From an uncultured Granulosicoccaceae bacterium (GTDB lineage: Bacteria > Pseudomonadota > Gammaproteobacteria > Granulosicoccales > Granulosicoccaceae), in NCBI GenBank assembly GCA_938041955.1, contig CALISD010000062.1, positions 97 through 64,096 on the forward strand: a DNA stretch of 64,000 nucleotides, given 5' to 3'. Shown piece by piece: positions 38,149 to 47,986 of this stretch (position 1 is its first letter; every line of letters starts with the position of its first letter). A program made the position numbers and the translations under genes. Under the pieces are notes generated by a model. That model saw nothing but the letters and a program-made list of their open reading frames with translations. It searched no databases and was not told the origin of the DNA.

Positions 38149-39834
38149 TTAAAAACGGAAGACCTGCCCGACCGCCAAAGACAAACCGGGATCAGAGTTT
38201 TCTGTGGCCGGGGGATCCAACGGCACTGCAAGATCAATTCTGATTACCCTTGCACCTAACAAAGCATTAGAAGCCAGACGCAAGCCCGCTCCTACCGATC
38301 GCTTCACCGACGATGAAGAATCACCTTTGCTGTTGACCCAGCCGGCATCGAAAAATCCAATAACCCCCACATCGACAACACCCAGCTTCCAACCTGGCCT
38401 GTAGCGAGTCTCCAGATTCATTCGCAATCGCTGCCTGCCCTGGAACTGGCGAACATCATAACCACGCAGTCCATTATCTTCACCAAGCGTCAACTGCACT
38501 GGTAATCCACTCCCATCCTCACCGGTGGTGTAATCCATGCGCAAAGCGAGAGTATTGTTATTAAACTTGCTATAGAAAGCCTTAAAAGTGCTGGTGACCG
38601 ACCAGGGACGTGCGCCCTCTTCCTCAAAGGTTGCACTACCTGCCACCGCCAGGTTTAACAATGTATGCTCGCCAGCTGCTGCTGTTTTGCGAAGTATCAA
38701 TGATAGGAGTGGGTCAACACGACTGACAGATTCGGCATTTGCAGTAGCATCCTCATCAATAAAATTCACCCCAAGCCGAACCTCGGCCGAACTTCCTAAA
38801 CTTATGTCCTGCACAAAGTTCAACGTATCAAGCCCCTGAACTTTCATAAAGCGGCTTACGCTATCACGTGCAAGCAATCCACCAATGTAGATCTTTCTAT
38901 TATCTGCAGGTGCTGCAACAGACAGTACGTCATTAATGTCTGTGACGATCGAAGGTGAATAATCCGACTCTGATAAATTCATTACAACACCTCGACGCAA
39001 ATACTGATCACTGGAACCAGACCGCCAGACATACCTGCCAGCAACACTTGCCTTGTCTTCGGGTATTGCGACTACATTAGTGCCGTCACGATAGTATTTA
39101 ATATTACGCTCTACTCGATCTGCTGAGACCGCCCACTCACGCTTGTCACTGAGAGATCTAAAGGTATCACTCAGATTAATGCCGTAAAAATCGCCTTCGT
39201 TGGTTCGACCTATTCGATAGTTGGCGCGCCAGTCATTATTAAAAAAGTGCAAATCACTAAACGAGAGCGCACCACGGAAATTACCTGTAGAGCTCCGGGA
39301 CATACTCAACAACAGCTTGTTACCAGAGCCATTAACGTTCTTCTCACCCGTGGTAAAACCGATGTTACCCACACCCCCCAGATAGGAACCTGAGGCACCA
39401 GCGACAATTGAAAAATTGTCGCGGGTAATAAGATGAAGTTCGACACAATCATTATTGGTAACCAACCTGGCCGACGCCGAAGCGAATAATCCGAGCCGCC
39501 GCAGACGGCGCTCAATATCTTCAATACTTCGAATCGACAGGGAGTCCCCTGATTTCACTCCCGCTTCACGCAAAATCACGGACTCACGAGTGGTTTTGTG
39601 AAATCGGTTGATACCTGAGGCAACAGCCTGTTGTGCGCTCGCGCTCGCAGCCTGTCCATCAAATATATTGCTGTTCTTCACAACCACTTTACAGATCACT
39701 ACCAACTGAGCAGATGGAATTGCGTCCACTGCTCCCATCGCACCATTGGGCGCAAAACCGAGCAGAGACCATGCTACTGCACTCAGAAAGCTTGAGACCC
39801 GGGGGCACAAAATTGTTAACCGTTCACACCACAT
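38149..39834 (-). CDS. Omp85 superfamily outer-membrane beta-barrel protein (one POTRA-like domain plus Bac_surface_Ag-type barrel)
   Basis: About 560 aa with a signal peptide. POTRA-like segment (INRFHKTTRESVILREAGVKSGDSLSIRSIEDIERRL). Alternating beta-strand pattern. C-terminal beta-signal ending VGQVFRF. ATG 39834 is preferred over GTG 39843, but the start is uncertain. Confidence 0.8.
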   Translation of the reverse strand: MWCERLTILCPRVSSFLSAVAWSLLGFAPNGAMGAVDAIPSAQLVVICKVVVKNSNIFDGQAASASAQQAVASGINRFHKTTRESVILREAGVKSGDSLSIRSIEDIERRLRRLGLFASASARLVTNNDCVELHLITRDNFSIVAGASGSYLGGVGNIGFTTGEKNVNGSGNKLLLSMSRSSTGNFRGALSFSDLHFFNNDWRANYRIGRTNEGDFYGINLSDTFRSLSDKREWAVSADRVERNIKYYRDGTNVVAIPEDKASVAGRYVWRSGSSDQYLRRGVVMNLSESDYSPSIVTDINDVLSVAAPADNRKIYIGGLLARDSVSRFMKVQGLDTLNFVQDISLGSSAEVRLGVNFIDEDATANAESVSRVDPLLSLILRKTAAAGEHTLLNLAVAGSATFEEEGARPWSVTSTFKAFYSKFNNNTLALRMDYTTGEDGSGLPVQLTLGEDNGLRGYDVRQFQGRQRLRMNLETRYRPGWKLGVVDVGVIGFFDAGWVNSKGDSSSSVKRSVGAGLRLASNALLGARVIRIDLAVPLDPPATENSDPGLSLAVGQVFRF

Positions 39835-40134
39835 ACTCACCACCGAACCCTGGCATCGAGGCCAGGCAACAACCGAGAAAACATATGTATCAATTGAGTC
39901 AAGAAATAGTCACCTGTACCGACAAATAAAGAGATATGTGCCGCCAATTGATCCAGCTAGAAGCTGACCGGGTAGTAAACCAGGGATTGGCGACCCGTTT
40001 AATCCTGCTTTGCACTCGACTCGTCGTTGCAGGTAGAACTCAATAATAACTCGGTTCACTGAAATGCCTTCAAGTATTAACACACAGTCAGGGCATGGGG
40101 CATCCGGCAGGCAGTCTCTGGGAAGCTAGTGGAC

Positions 40135-42399
40135 ATGTATCATACAACGACATTGATTCTGCTCCGCATTGCGGGCCACTCTGCCGGCTTGTTGGCCGCA
40201 GCGACGCTGTCTATAGCCAGCTTCAGCTACGCTCAGGACGTCGACACATCCAGTGCCCTGCTGCAGCAGGCGCAAGCATATGAAGCGTCTGGAGACTATC
40301 AGAACGCCGTTGCTACCTATCGAGAATACCTACAGCAGCCTGCCGCCAAAAGCGCCGAACGCAGACAGGCTCGATTAAAGTTTCCAGTACTTCAGGAGGC
40401 TGTTAATCATGGTGCAGGCCCAGAGTTGCAGCACTACCTCACTGCAATGGACCTTCGCAGCCAAGGCAGCAGCCAGGAAGCAGATGCACAACTGCAAACA
40501 TTAATCGAATCATACCCTGGCAGCTCTCTGTCAGATGACGCCTGGTACCTGCGTGCATACATCTCTTTGATGGATCACTACGATTACGAGCGCACTAACG
40601 AGTTATTGCAGGCTCTGCGTGCAAACTATCCCGACAGTCGATATGTCGACACGGCGCTATTTGCAGAGGCCATAAGCCAGGAACAACTTGGAAACAGCGA
40701 TGCAGCCATCGCAAAAATGACGGAGCTTCGTGATAGGCATACCGGCATATCAGTCGCCGGTATCAATTGGGCACGCGACGAATACGTATCAAGACTCTGG
40801 TTTGATCGCAGCGACAAGAGAATTGAGTACTTGAAAAACCGGGCAGCATCCGCAACACGGCTACTAAGCCTGATTCCGCATGAAGCTGACGGCTTTCAAT
40901 GGATGGCCGAGCTGAGCGTCGGCCAAGAACACATGACATTACTGCTTAACGAAAGCGAGACGATAAACAACATCACCATCAAGGGAAGCCCCGGGTCTAA
41001 GGTAAATGCTTACGCAGGCATCGTCATGGGACAACCAGAATCATGGGCAAGAATTACTATAGACAACCCATCAGTGCGCGGCATGATCTCGGTCTATGGC
41101 GAAAGACATGAATTGATACCTGTCACAAGCGGTGGCTCACTCAGTGATTTTCACACTCTTCTGCTGGGCGACGCCGACGGAAACGTTTCTGATGAGCCGG
41201 ATCAAGCATTAATACCACCAAAATCAGAAGACAAGTTAAACAACTACCTACGCAGCGTTCGTGCAGTGTCAGCTACTGAACTTACACCTGGCAACGTCAG
41301 TCACGTTGCCATGATGGGCGTGGTCATTGACAGTAAATACAATGACTACCATGGCGGGCGCGGAACAAACGAAGCGCTATCTATCTTAAACACCACTGAT
41401 GGACTGTTTCGCGAGCAGCTAGGCATCGCATTAAAAGTCGACACACTTGTCGTCATCGATAGCGCCAACAACGACCCCATGAACCTGGGTAGCGTGACCA
41501 TGGAAAAGATGATGCGCAACTTCAAAGACTATCGCATGGCAAGCAATGATCTGGGTAGTGACATTGGCCTCGCGACATTATTCAGTGGAAATAAAAACAA
41601 TGATTCGGCACTCGGCTTAGCGTGGATAGGATCGGCATGTCGCACAGACGGTTTTGATGTCAGTGTGGTCACCCCGTATAAAATGCCATCCTTGCTGTCG
41701 ACCCATGAAATCGGCCACACAATGGGTGCGCCACACGACTCTGACACCTCTTGTAGCAGTCAAAACCAACATATTATGTGGCCGTTTCTGTCGAGCAACA
41801 GCGGCAGAAGTTTTTCCTCATGTAGCCAGGAAGCAATCGCTCAAACAATGGCTAATAATAACTGCCATATTGACGCTATCGATCTTTCTATGGATCTCGA
41901 CGACATCAATGAAACCTCACTGCAACTCAGCATTACAAACCACGATACCCAGCGCGCAGCGCCCTCTGCAGTCGTTACTCTGTCCGGTCCAACTATAGGC
42001 AATGCCACGTCAGCTGAAAGCTGTCGACAACTTGATGGAGACAGTCTCGAGTGCACAATCGGCGCACTCTCTCCCATGCAATCGGCAAGCTTGCAATTTG
42101 ACTTCCCGGCACCTCTTTCAAACACCGCACAGGTCATTGCCACAGTACACGGAAGCGGATTTATCGATGTTGCAACTCAAAACAACAGCGTAAAAACAGA
42201 TATCAATGGCAACCAGACTCAATATGCCGGACCGATAAACAGCGATCCAATAACACTAAGTGCGAGTGGCGGCGGCAGTGGAAGTAGTGGAAGCAATGAC
42301 AATATTGCCAGCGCCGAAGGCGGTGGCGTACTTCAGCCAGCAAGTCTTTTTATGCTGGCCATATTCTTTGTAACAAGACGAAGATTTAGCACAAACTAA
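40135..42399 (+). CDS. Secreted multidomain protein: YbgF/BamD-type TPR region, reprolysin-like zinc metalloprotease, beta-sandwich domain and GlyGly-CTERM sorting tail
   Basis: Signal peptide MYHTTTLILLRIAGHSAGLLAAATLSIASFSYA. TPR repeats carry the YPxS signature (ESYPGSSLSDDAWYL, ANYPDSRYVDTALF). Zinc motif HEIGHTMGAPHD at 41704-41739. C-terminus AEGGGVLQPASLFMLAIFFVTRRRFSTN. Confidence 0.8.
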   Translation: MYHTTTLILLRIAGHSAGLLAAATLSIASFSYAQDVDTSSALLQQAQAYEASGDYQNAVATYREYLQQPAAKSAERRQARLKFPVLQEAVNHGAGPELQHYLTAMDLRSQGSSQEADAQLQTLIESYPGSSLSDDAWYLRAYISLMDHYDYERTNELLQALRANYPDSRYVDTALFAEAISQEQLGNSDAAIAKMTELRDRHTGISVAGINWARDEYVSRLWFDRSDKRIEYLKNRAASATRLLSLIPHEADGFQWMAELSVGQEHMTLLLNESETINNITIKGSPGSKVNAYAGIVMGQPESWARITIDNPSVRGMISVYGERHELIPVTSGGSLSDFHTLLLGDADGNVSDEPDQALIPPKSEDKLNNYLRSVRAVSATELTPGNVSHVAMMGVVIDSKYNDYHGGRGTNEALSILNTTDGLFREQLGIALKVDTLVVIDSANNDPMNLGSVTMEKMMRNFKDYRMASNDLGSDIGLATLFSGNKNNDSALGLAWIGSACRTDGFDVSVVTPYKMPSLLSTHEIGHTMGAPHDSDTSCSSQNQHIMWPFLSSNSGRSFSSCSQEAIAQTMANNNCHIDAIDLSMDLDDINETSLQLSITNHDTQRAAPSAVVTLSGPTIGNATSAESCRQLDGDSLECTIGALSPMQSASLQFDFPAPLSNTAQVIATVHGSGFIDVATQNNSVKTDINGNQTQYAGPINSDPITLSASGGGSGSSGSNDNIASAEGGGVLQPASLFMLAIFFVTRRRFSTN

Positions 42400-42475
42400 A
42401 GGCATATTGCCTTGTGGTTACACTTAGCCGTGACTGATCAGCGGTTGGAGTCTTGAGTAACGAATCATGAGCAAC

Positions 42476-43090
42476 CTAGATGATCGGATCGCGGCCGGAT
42501 TCGATCATGTGATCAAGGTAATCAATCCGATCCTGGCCCCAGAATACCTCACCCTCGTAAACGTAAGCGGGTGCACCAACCACATCAAGACTAATGGCCT
42601 CCTGTGAGTTGGCAGTGCGAACTTCCGCAAATTCGGGTTCTTTTGATTCTTGTACTACCGTCTTACCATCGAATCCCGCCTTATCGAGTAGCTCGGCGAG
42701 AATAGACTCGTCTGCGATTTGCCGGTCTTGTCCCCACAGGGCCTCCCCCACGCTTAACAGAAACGGCCCCGGATCTTTGCCTTGTTGACTCAAAAGAATA
42801 CAACAACAGTCAGCTCTCTCGGGGTTGGCCGGAAAGCTTTTAGGCTGTGCAATTACGGTGAGCCCACGGTAATGACCGATACGCTGAAGTTCAAGCAATC
42901 GGTACCGTTGTCGCATCGGAGGTCTCTGCGGTGGTGCTACGCCGCCCGATACCTTCCAGACTTCCATTAAATTGACCGGTTTGTACTTTATCTCTTTGTT
43001 GTGCTTTTTCGCTACCGCACAAAATTCCTCTTGACCAAACCAGGTAAACGGCGAGGTAGAAGTATAGAAATAGTCAATATGGTCCGCCAT
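42476..43090 (-). CDS. 2-hydroxychromene-2-carboxylate isomerase / DsbA-like thioredoxin-fold protein
   Basis: ATG 43090 with AAGGA SD (MADHIDYFYTSTSPFTWFG...). C-terminal GAPAYVYEGEVFWGQDRIDYL is typical of the HCCA isomerase family. Confidence 0.85.
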   Translation of the reverse strand: MADHIDYFYTSTSPFTWFGQEEFCAVAKKHNKEIKYKPVNLMEVWKVSGGVAPPQRPPMRQRYRLLELQRIGHYRGLTVIAQPKSFPANPERADCCCILLSQQGKDPGPFLLSVGEALWGQDRQIADESILAELLDKAGFDGKTVVQESKEPEFAEVRTANSQEAISLDVVGAPAYVYEGEVFWGQDRIDYLDHMIESGRDPII

Positions 43091-43436
43091 GCTTTGTCCT
43101 TTCTTTATATCGTTACCATCATCCTGTGGCACGCATAAGAATGCAAGCCTACTTCACACACATTCACAACACTAACGTGGATGCAATAACTCCGGAAAAA
43201 CGTTTACAGAAGTTTATCTACTGCACCTGAGATCGGAAGCAGAGATCTACGCAGCAACAATCTACCTGCCATGCCCGTGAGGACGGAATCCTGCAAGGCC
43301 AATTAATATTTATTATCAAAGAAATCATTCGCAGCAGCTCGATAAACAATTCGTCGGAGAAAACGGTGGACTAATCAATTTTATAAAACGACGACAGTCA
43401 TTTCCCACTGAGCAAGACCGACGGGCAAACCACAAG

Positions 43437-43778
43437 TTACCGATTCGCGTGAATTAACGCACGCTCTCGCATACCAAGGTAGATCGGAAGCGCCAAACAG
43501 AGCCCTATTAAGAAACACACAGCGACATATAGCCAAGGCCACTTCACACCATCTATTGTTGCTCTTGTCACCGCCATGACCGAAAACACGATACCCGCAA
43601 AGTAGGCATCTATTGCAACACCGGCGCTGGCAGGCGTCGCCATGGCGGACTTGAGGAATGGACCGATCATCACACTATCGGCCTGACTGAAATACTGGAT
43701 GAAGTAAAACCAACTCCAAACAACGCCCACCAGCGCAAGTGCAAAGTACACCCATGAAAGCAATGCAGGACGGGACAT
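43437..43778 (-). CDS. DUF2834 membrane protein
   Basis: ATG 43778 with AAGGAG SD. 113 aa, four hydrophobic helices (SWVYFALALVGVVWSWFYFIQYF). Confidence 0.7.
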   Translation of the reverse strand: MSRPALLSWVYFALALVGVVWSWFYFIQYFSQADSVMIGPFLKSAMATPASAGVAIDAYFAGIVFSVMAVTRATIDGVKWPWLYVAVCFLIGLCLALPIYLGMRERALIHANR

Positions 43779-43882
43779 AATATCTCCTTTTGTTTTTTTG
43801 ACCATCAACGCGATGGCAATCGCCAACGTGCTACTGAGTGTTTACTGGCAGACGTTACTCAAAGGGAGTATATGCTGACCAG

Positions 43883-45349
43883 TTAAACTGAATAACCTGC
43901 CAACTTAGTTTCCATATACTCCATAAGTCCTTCCCGCGCCCCCTCTCGCCCGAGACCACTTTCCTTCATACCCCCAAATGGCGCCGCGGCACTGGTGGGG
44001 TTAATATCATTGACGCCGATAATCCCAAACCGCAACTGCTCAACAGCCCGAAATGCACGTGAGAGATCCTTGGTATATACATACGCCGCTAAGCCGTAAT
44101 GCGTATCGTTGGCCATCGCTATGACGTCATCATCATCGTCAAAGGAAATTACCGGTGCAATGGGCCCAAAAGTCTCTTCTCGGTAGATCAACATTGAATC
44201 ATCTACCCTGGCAAGCACAGTGGGGGCATAAAAATAACCGTCACCAAACTCACCTTGTGTAAGACGTTGCCCGCCGCACAATACCTCAGCGCCTTTGTCT
44301 CGTGCATCGTTCACCTGCCTATCTATTTTCAGCACAGCCTTCTCATCGACAAGAGGTCCGATCGCTACCCCTTCGGTAACACCATTACCGACACGCATCT
44401 TTTCAATTCGCGAGGTGAGTGTTTGAAGAAAGTCGGGCATCACGTTCTTATGTACAAAAATCCGGTTTGGGCAAATACAGGCTTGCCCCGTATTTAGAAA
44501 TTTAACCAGACTGGCACCCTTTGCTGCATGTACGGGATCAGCGTCTTCAAAAACAATAAAGGGTGCATGACCCCCTAACTCCATTGAGACACGCTTTAAC
44601 TGCATTGCTGCATCACGAGACAGCATCTTGCCGACCGCGGTGGAACCGGTGAAAGTCAGCTTGCGTACCAGCGGACTTTCACAGAAAACTTTACCCACTG
44701 GTGCAGGCGTTGAAGTGGTGACTAAATTGACTACCCCTGCCGGCAGGCCGGCCTCTTCAAGCAGCTTAAAAACAGCTATAGCACAAAGTGGTGTAGCCTC
44801 AGCAGGCTTTAATATAACGGTACAACCGGCCGCCAGCGCCGGTGCCAGTTTGCGCGTCAGCATTGAAACCGGATAATTCCATGGAGTGATCGCCGCAACC
44901 ACACCCACTGCTTGATGCTGCACAATAAATCGCTGATCGGGGCGCGCAGACGGTATCGTTTCGCCATAGGCACGCTTGGCTTCCTCTGCAAACCACAAAA
45001 GAAAATCTGCAGCATACTGCACCTCATTGGCGGCAGCCTTGAGAGGCTTGCCCTGCTCTGCAGTCATCAGTGCTGCAAGCTCGCCCTTACGCTCAAGCAT
45101 TAATTGCCAGGCGCGGTACAAAATAGAAGATCTATGATGAGCGGTGGTACGCGACCAACTCTCAAAAGCACGATGTGCCGCCTCAATAGCCTGAGTAGCA
45201 TGGTGTTCATCACCATCGGCCACTTGACCCAGCACCTCACCGGTAGCGGGATTTAAAACGTCGAACGTGTTATCACACTTCAGCCATTGACCGTCAATGA
45301 ACATAGAGTACTCATCTGCTAAATCTGAATTAAGCTTGCGAGTGTACAA
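43883..45349 (-). CDS. gabD: NAD(P)-dependent succinate-semialdehyde dehydrogenase
   Basis: ALDH active-site motifs ELGGHAP and FLNTGQACICPNR. Colinear with E. coli GabD from KLNSDL.... Start is uncertain: TTG 45349 (GGGAG SD 4 nt upstream) or ATG 45304. The track start GTG 45379 lies inside the upstream terminator hairpin. Confidence 0.9.
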   Translation of the reverse strand: MYTRKLNSDLADEYSMFIDGQWLKCDNTFDVLNPATGEVLGQVADGDEHHATQAIEAAHRAFESWSRTTAHHRSSILYRAWQLMLERKGELAALMTAEQGKPLKAAANEVQYAADFLLWFAEEAKRAYGETIPSARPDQRFIVQHQAVGVVAAITPWNYPVSMLTRKLAPALAAGCTVILKPAEATPLCAIAVFKLLEEAGLPAGVVNLVTTSTPAPVGKVFCESPLVRKLTFTGSTAVGKMLSRDAAMQLKRVSMELGGHAPFIVFEDADPVHAAKGASLVKFLNTGQACICPNRIFVHKNVMPDFLQTLTSRIEKMRVGNGVTEGVAIGPLVDEKAVLKIDRQVNDARDKGAEVLCGGQRLTQGEFGDGYFYAPTVLARVDDSMLIYREETFGPIAPVISFDDDDDVIAMANDTHYGLAAYVYTKDLSRAFRAVEQLRFGIIGVNDINPTSAAAPFGGMKESGLGREGAREGLMEYMETKLAGYSV

Positions 45350-45361
45350 CACACTCCCTTT

Positions 45362-45394
45362 AAACAAAAAAAGCGACACCGTGTGGCGTCGCTT
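45362..45394 (-). terminator. Intrinsic terminator downstream of the dimethylglycine-dehydrogenase-like gene
   Basis: The minus strand reads AAGCGACGCCACACGGTGTCGCTT followed by TTTTTGTTT. The stem is 7 bp plus 2 bp. Confidence 0.7.
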
Positions 45395-45565
45395 CTTTTC
45401 CTTCTATTACTAGCCAGCATTATTCATCAGGATTCGCCATCCGGAGGAAATCTCACTAAACAGACCAGATGATCGCCTGAGAAGGTGCCTTGCTACGCGC
45501 CGAAGAGGTTTACGCCAAGGGGCTAATTTTGTTCAGTCGCCTTTTGAATTGTGCAGTCCGGGCAA

Positions 45566-47986
45566 CTAGTTTCTGAGCTTTTCACCCTTAGGATCAAACG
45601 GTGGCTCATCAAGCAATCTGGCGTGATGCGGCAAACCGAGAACCGCCACATCAAATTCAGCACCACTTTTAACAAACTCGGTTTTGATAAAGCACAACGC
45701 TAACGATTGCTTAACCGTGTGGCCGTAAGCACCTGAACTGACCCGCCCGACCGGTGTACCGTCTTTGGCGAAAATCGACTCACCACCAGAGGCATCGGCG
45801 GTAGTCACATCAATGGATAGCAACACCAGCTTTTCACGTGGTGCCTGTTTGGCGAGTCCGGCCCAGACTTCCTTACCGAGAAAGTCCGGCTTATCCATTT
45901 TGATCAATCTCTCCAAACCAACCTCATGTGGCCAGTACTCTGGAGAATATTCCCGACCCCAGGAACCATAGCCCTTCTCAACCCGCAAACTCAACAGCGA
46001 TCTGCCACCGACCAGTCGAAGACCAAACGACTTACCCTCTGCAAGCAGCGCATCAAATAGTGCTTCCTGATGTTCTGTGGGTACGTAGATTTCCCAACCG
46101 AGATCTCCGGTGAATGACACCCTCATGGCCAGACCTTCGATACCTGCCACGGTAAGTTGCTTGGAGCGCATGAATTTAAATTCATCGTTGCTCAAATCAA
46201 CGTTGGTCATACGCTGCAACATTTCACGTGACTTAGGACCCGCCACGCTGAAACCACACCAGTCCTCGGTACGTGACTCAAGAGTGACACCCTCTGGTGC
46301 AGGCACCATTTCCCAGAATCGGCGGTGATATTCTTCAGCCATTCCTGAACCAAACATCCAGAAGTGATCATCAGCAAGCTTGGTCACGGTAAAGTCACCT
46401 GCAATACCACCACGCACACCCAACATAGGCGTTAAGCACGATCGCCCCACTTCCGTTGGAATGTTGTTAGCAATTATTTTATTTAACCAATCGGCACAGC
46501 CTGGCCCTTTGATTTCGTACTTAGCGTAGTTAGATACATCAAGCAGACCGACCGATGAACGCAATGCTTCACACTCATCGCGAACGTGGTTAAACCAGTC
46601 CTGCCGTTCAAAACCATAGTCTTCTACCGGCTCTACCCCCTCCGCCGCATACCACAACGGATGCTCCCAACCATAGTTCAGGCCAAACACTGCACCATTA
46701 GCCTTTTGCTTTTCATACACCGGTCTGGTCTTGAGCGGACGGCCCGCTTCACGCTCTTCGTACGGGAAATGAATCTTAAAACGATTGGCGTAGCAATCCA
46801 GAGCACGCGCTTTGGTATAAGGTTTGGTTGGCCACTTACCGTAACGCGCGATATCCCATGGAAAGAGATCAAGCTCCGGCTCACCCTCAACAACCCATTG
46901 CGCCATCAACAGGCCAAGACCGCCTGATTGACTGAAACCCGGAATAATTCCGTTACAGCAATAGTAGTTAGCAAGCCCGGGCACAGGCCCGAACAGCGCA
47001 GCGCTATCAGGTGACCAGATCATCGGTCCGTTAATCACCTTTTTAACACCAGCGGAACCTAACGCCGGTATACGATCACAGGCAAGCTCAAGGTTGTCTG
47101 AAATTCGATCAAGGTCATCAGGCAGTAGTTCGTGACCAAAATCGAGTGGCGTGCCATCTTCAGCCCAGAAGCGACCATCCTTCTCATACGCGCCCACCAG
47201 CAAACCATTGCCTTCCTGACGCAGATAAAACTCCGCATCACGATCTGCAATAGAGGGCAGTCTGCGGCCGGCGGCGACGATCTCTGGAATATCTTCTGTA
47301 ACGAAGTACTGGTGCTCCATCGGGATTAACGGCAGCTCTAAACCCGCAAGCCTGCCCACTTCACGACCCCACAAGCCGGCCGCATTAATCAATACTTCAG
47401 TGTGAATATTGCCTTCAGGTGTGATCACATCCCAGGTGCCATCCGGTCTTTGATTGGTTTCAACTACCGGAGTGAAGCGATGAATATCCGCACCGGCGTT
47501 ACGAGCGCCTTTGGCATAAGCATGGGTAACACCCGACGGGTCAACGTTGCCACCATCAGGCTCAAACATCGCACAGCGGATGCCGTCAGTGTTAAGCAGT
47601 GGATGCATATCACGCGCTTCGGCCAGTGAGAGTTCATGAAACTCAACATCAAAGTAACGCGCCTTGGCTGCCTGCAAACGCAACTGATGCTCACGATCTT
47701 TGGTTTGCGCCAGATAGATAGAGCCCGGCTGGAAGATACCGCAGCCTTGGCCAGTCTCTTCTTCAAGCTCTTTGTAGATCTTAATGGTGTAGTACTGAAG
47801 CTTGGAAATATTGTTGTTGTCATGCAAACCGTGAATACCGGCCGCTGCGTGCCAGGTAGAGCCCGACGTCAGCTCATCACGCTCGAGCAGCATGACGTCT
47901 TTCCAACCCAGTTTGGTCAGGTGGTAGAGAATGCTGCAGCCCACCAGGCCGCCACCGATCACAACCGCACGTGTTTCTGTTTTCAT
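45566..47986 (-). CDS. Dimethylglycine/sarcosine dehydrogenase family protein (FAD oxidoreductase fused to GcvT-type folate-binding domain)
   Basis: 806 aa. VVIGGGLVGCS dinucleotide motif. SGSTWHAAAG contains the histidine that is covalently flavinylated in this family. C-terminal aminomethyltransferase-like domain. Confidence 0.9.
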   Translation of the reverse strand: MKTETRAVVIGGGLVGCSILYHLTKLGWKDVMLLERDELTSGSTWHAAAGIHGLHDNNNISKLQYYTIKIYKELEEETGQGCGIFQPGSIYLAQTKDREHQLRLQAAKARYFDVEFHELSLAEARDMHPLLNTDGIRCAMFEPDGGNVDPSGVTHAYAKGARNAGADIHRFTPVVETNQRPDGTWDVITPEGNIHTEVLINAAGLWGREVGRLAGLELPLIPMEHQYFVTEDIPEIVAAGRRLPSIADRDAEFYLRQEGNGLLVGAYEKDGRFWAEDGTPLDFGHELLPDDLDRISDNLELACDRIPALGSAGVKKVINGPMIWSPDSAALFGPVPGLANYYCCNGIIPGFSQSGGLGLLMAQWVVEGEPELDLFPWDIARYGKWPTKPYTKARALDCYANRFKIHFPYEEREAGRPLKTRPVYEKQKANGAVFGLNYGWEHPLWYAAEGVEPVEDYGFERQDWFNHVRDECEALRSSVGLLDVSNYAKYEIKGPGCADWLNKIIANNIPTEVGRSCLTPMLGVRGGIAGDFTVTKLADDHFWMFGSGMAEEYHRRFWEMVPAPEGVTLESRTEDWCGFSVAGPKSREMLQRMTNVDLSNDEFKFMRSKQLTVAGIEGLAMRVSFTGDLGWEIYVPTEHQEALFDALLAEGKSFGLRLVGGRSLLSLRVEKGYGSWGREYSPEYWPHEVGLERLIKMDKPDFLGKEVWAGLAKQAPREKLVLLSIDVTTADASGGESIFAKDGTPVGRVSSGAYGHTVKQSLALCFIKTEFVKSGAEFDVAVLGLPHHARLLDEPPFDPKGEKLRN

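Noticed and set aside
43230-43239. AGATCGGAAG, identical to the start of the Illumina adapter
   Set aside because: Only 10 nt match; the sequence then diverges (CAGAGATCT). It is part of a local inverted repeat AGATC...GATCT, so it is a coincidence, not contamination.
43254-43271. Sigma-54-like element TGGCAG-N5-TTGTTGC on the minus strand, upstream of the DsbA-like gene
   Set aside because: The -12 element is TTGT rather than TTGC, there is no enhancer-binding protein gene nearby, and it lies about 165 nt from the start codon. Too weak to call.
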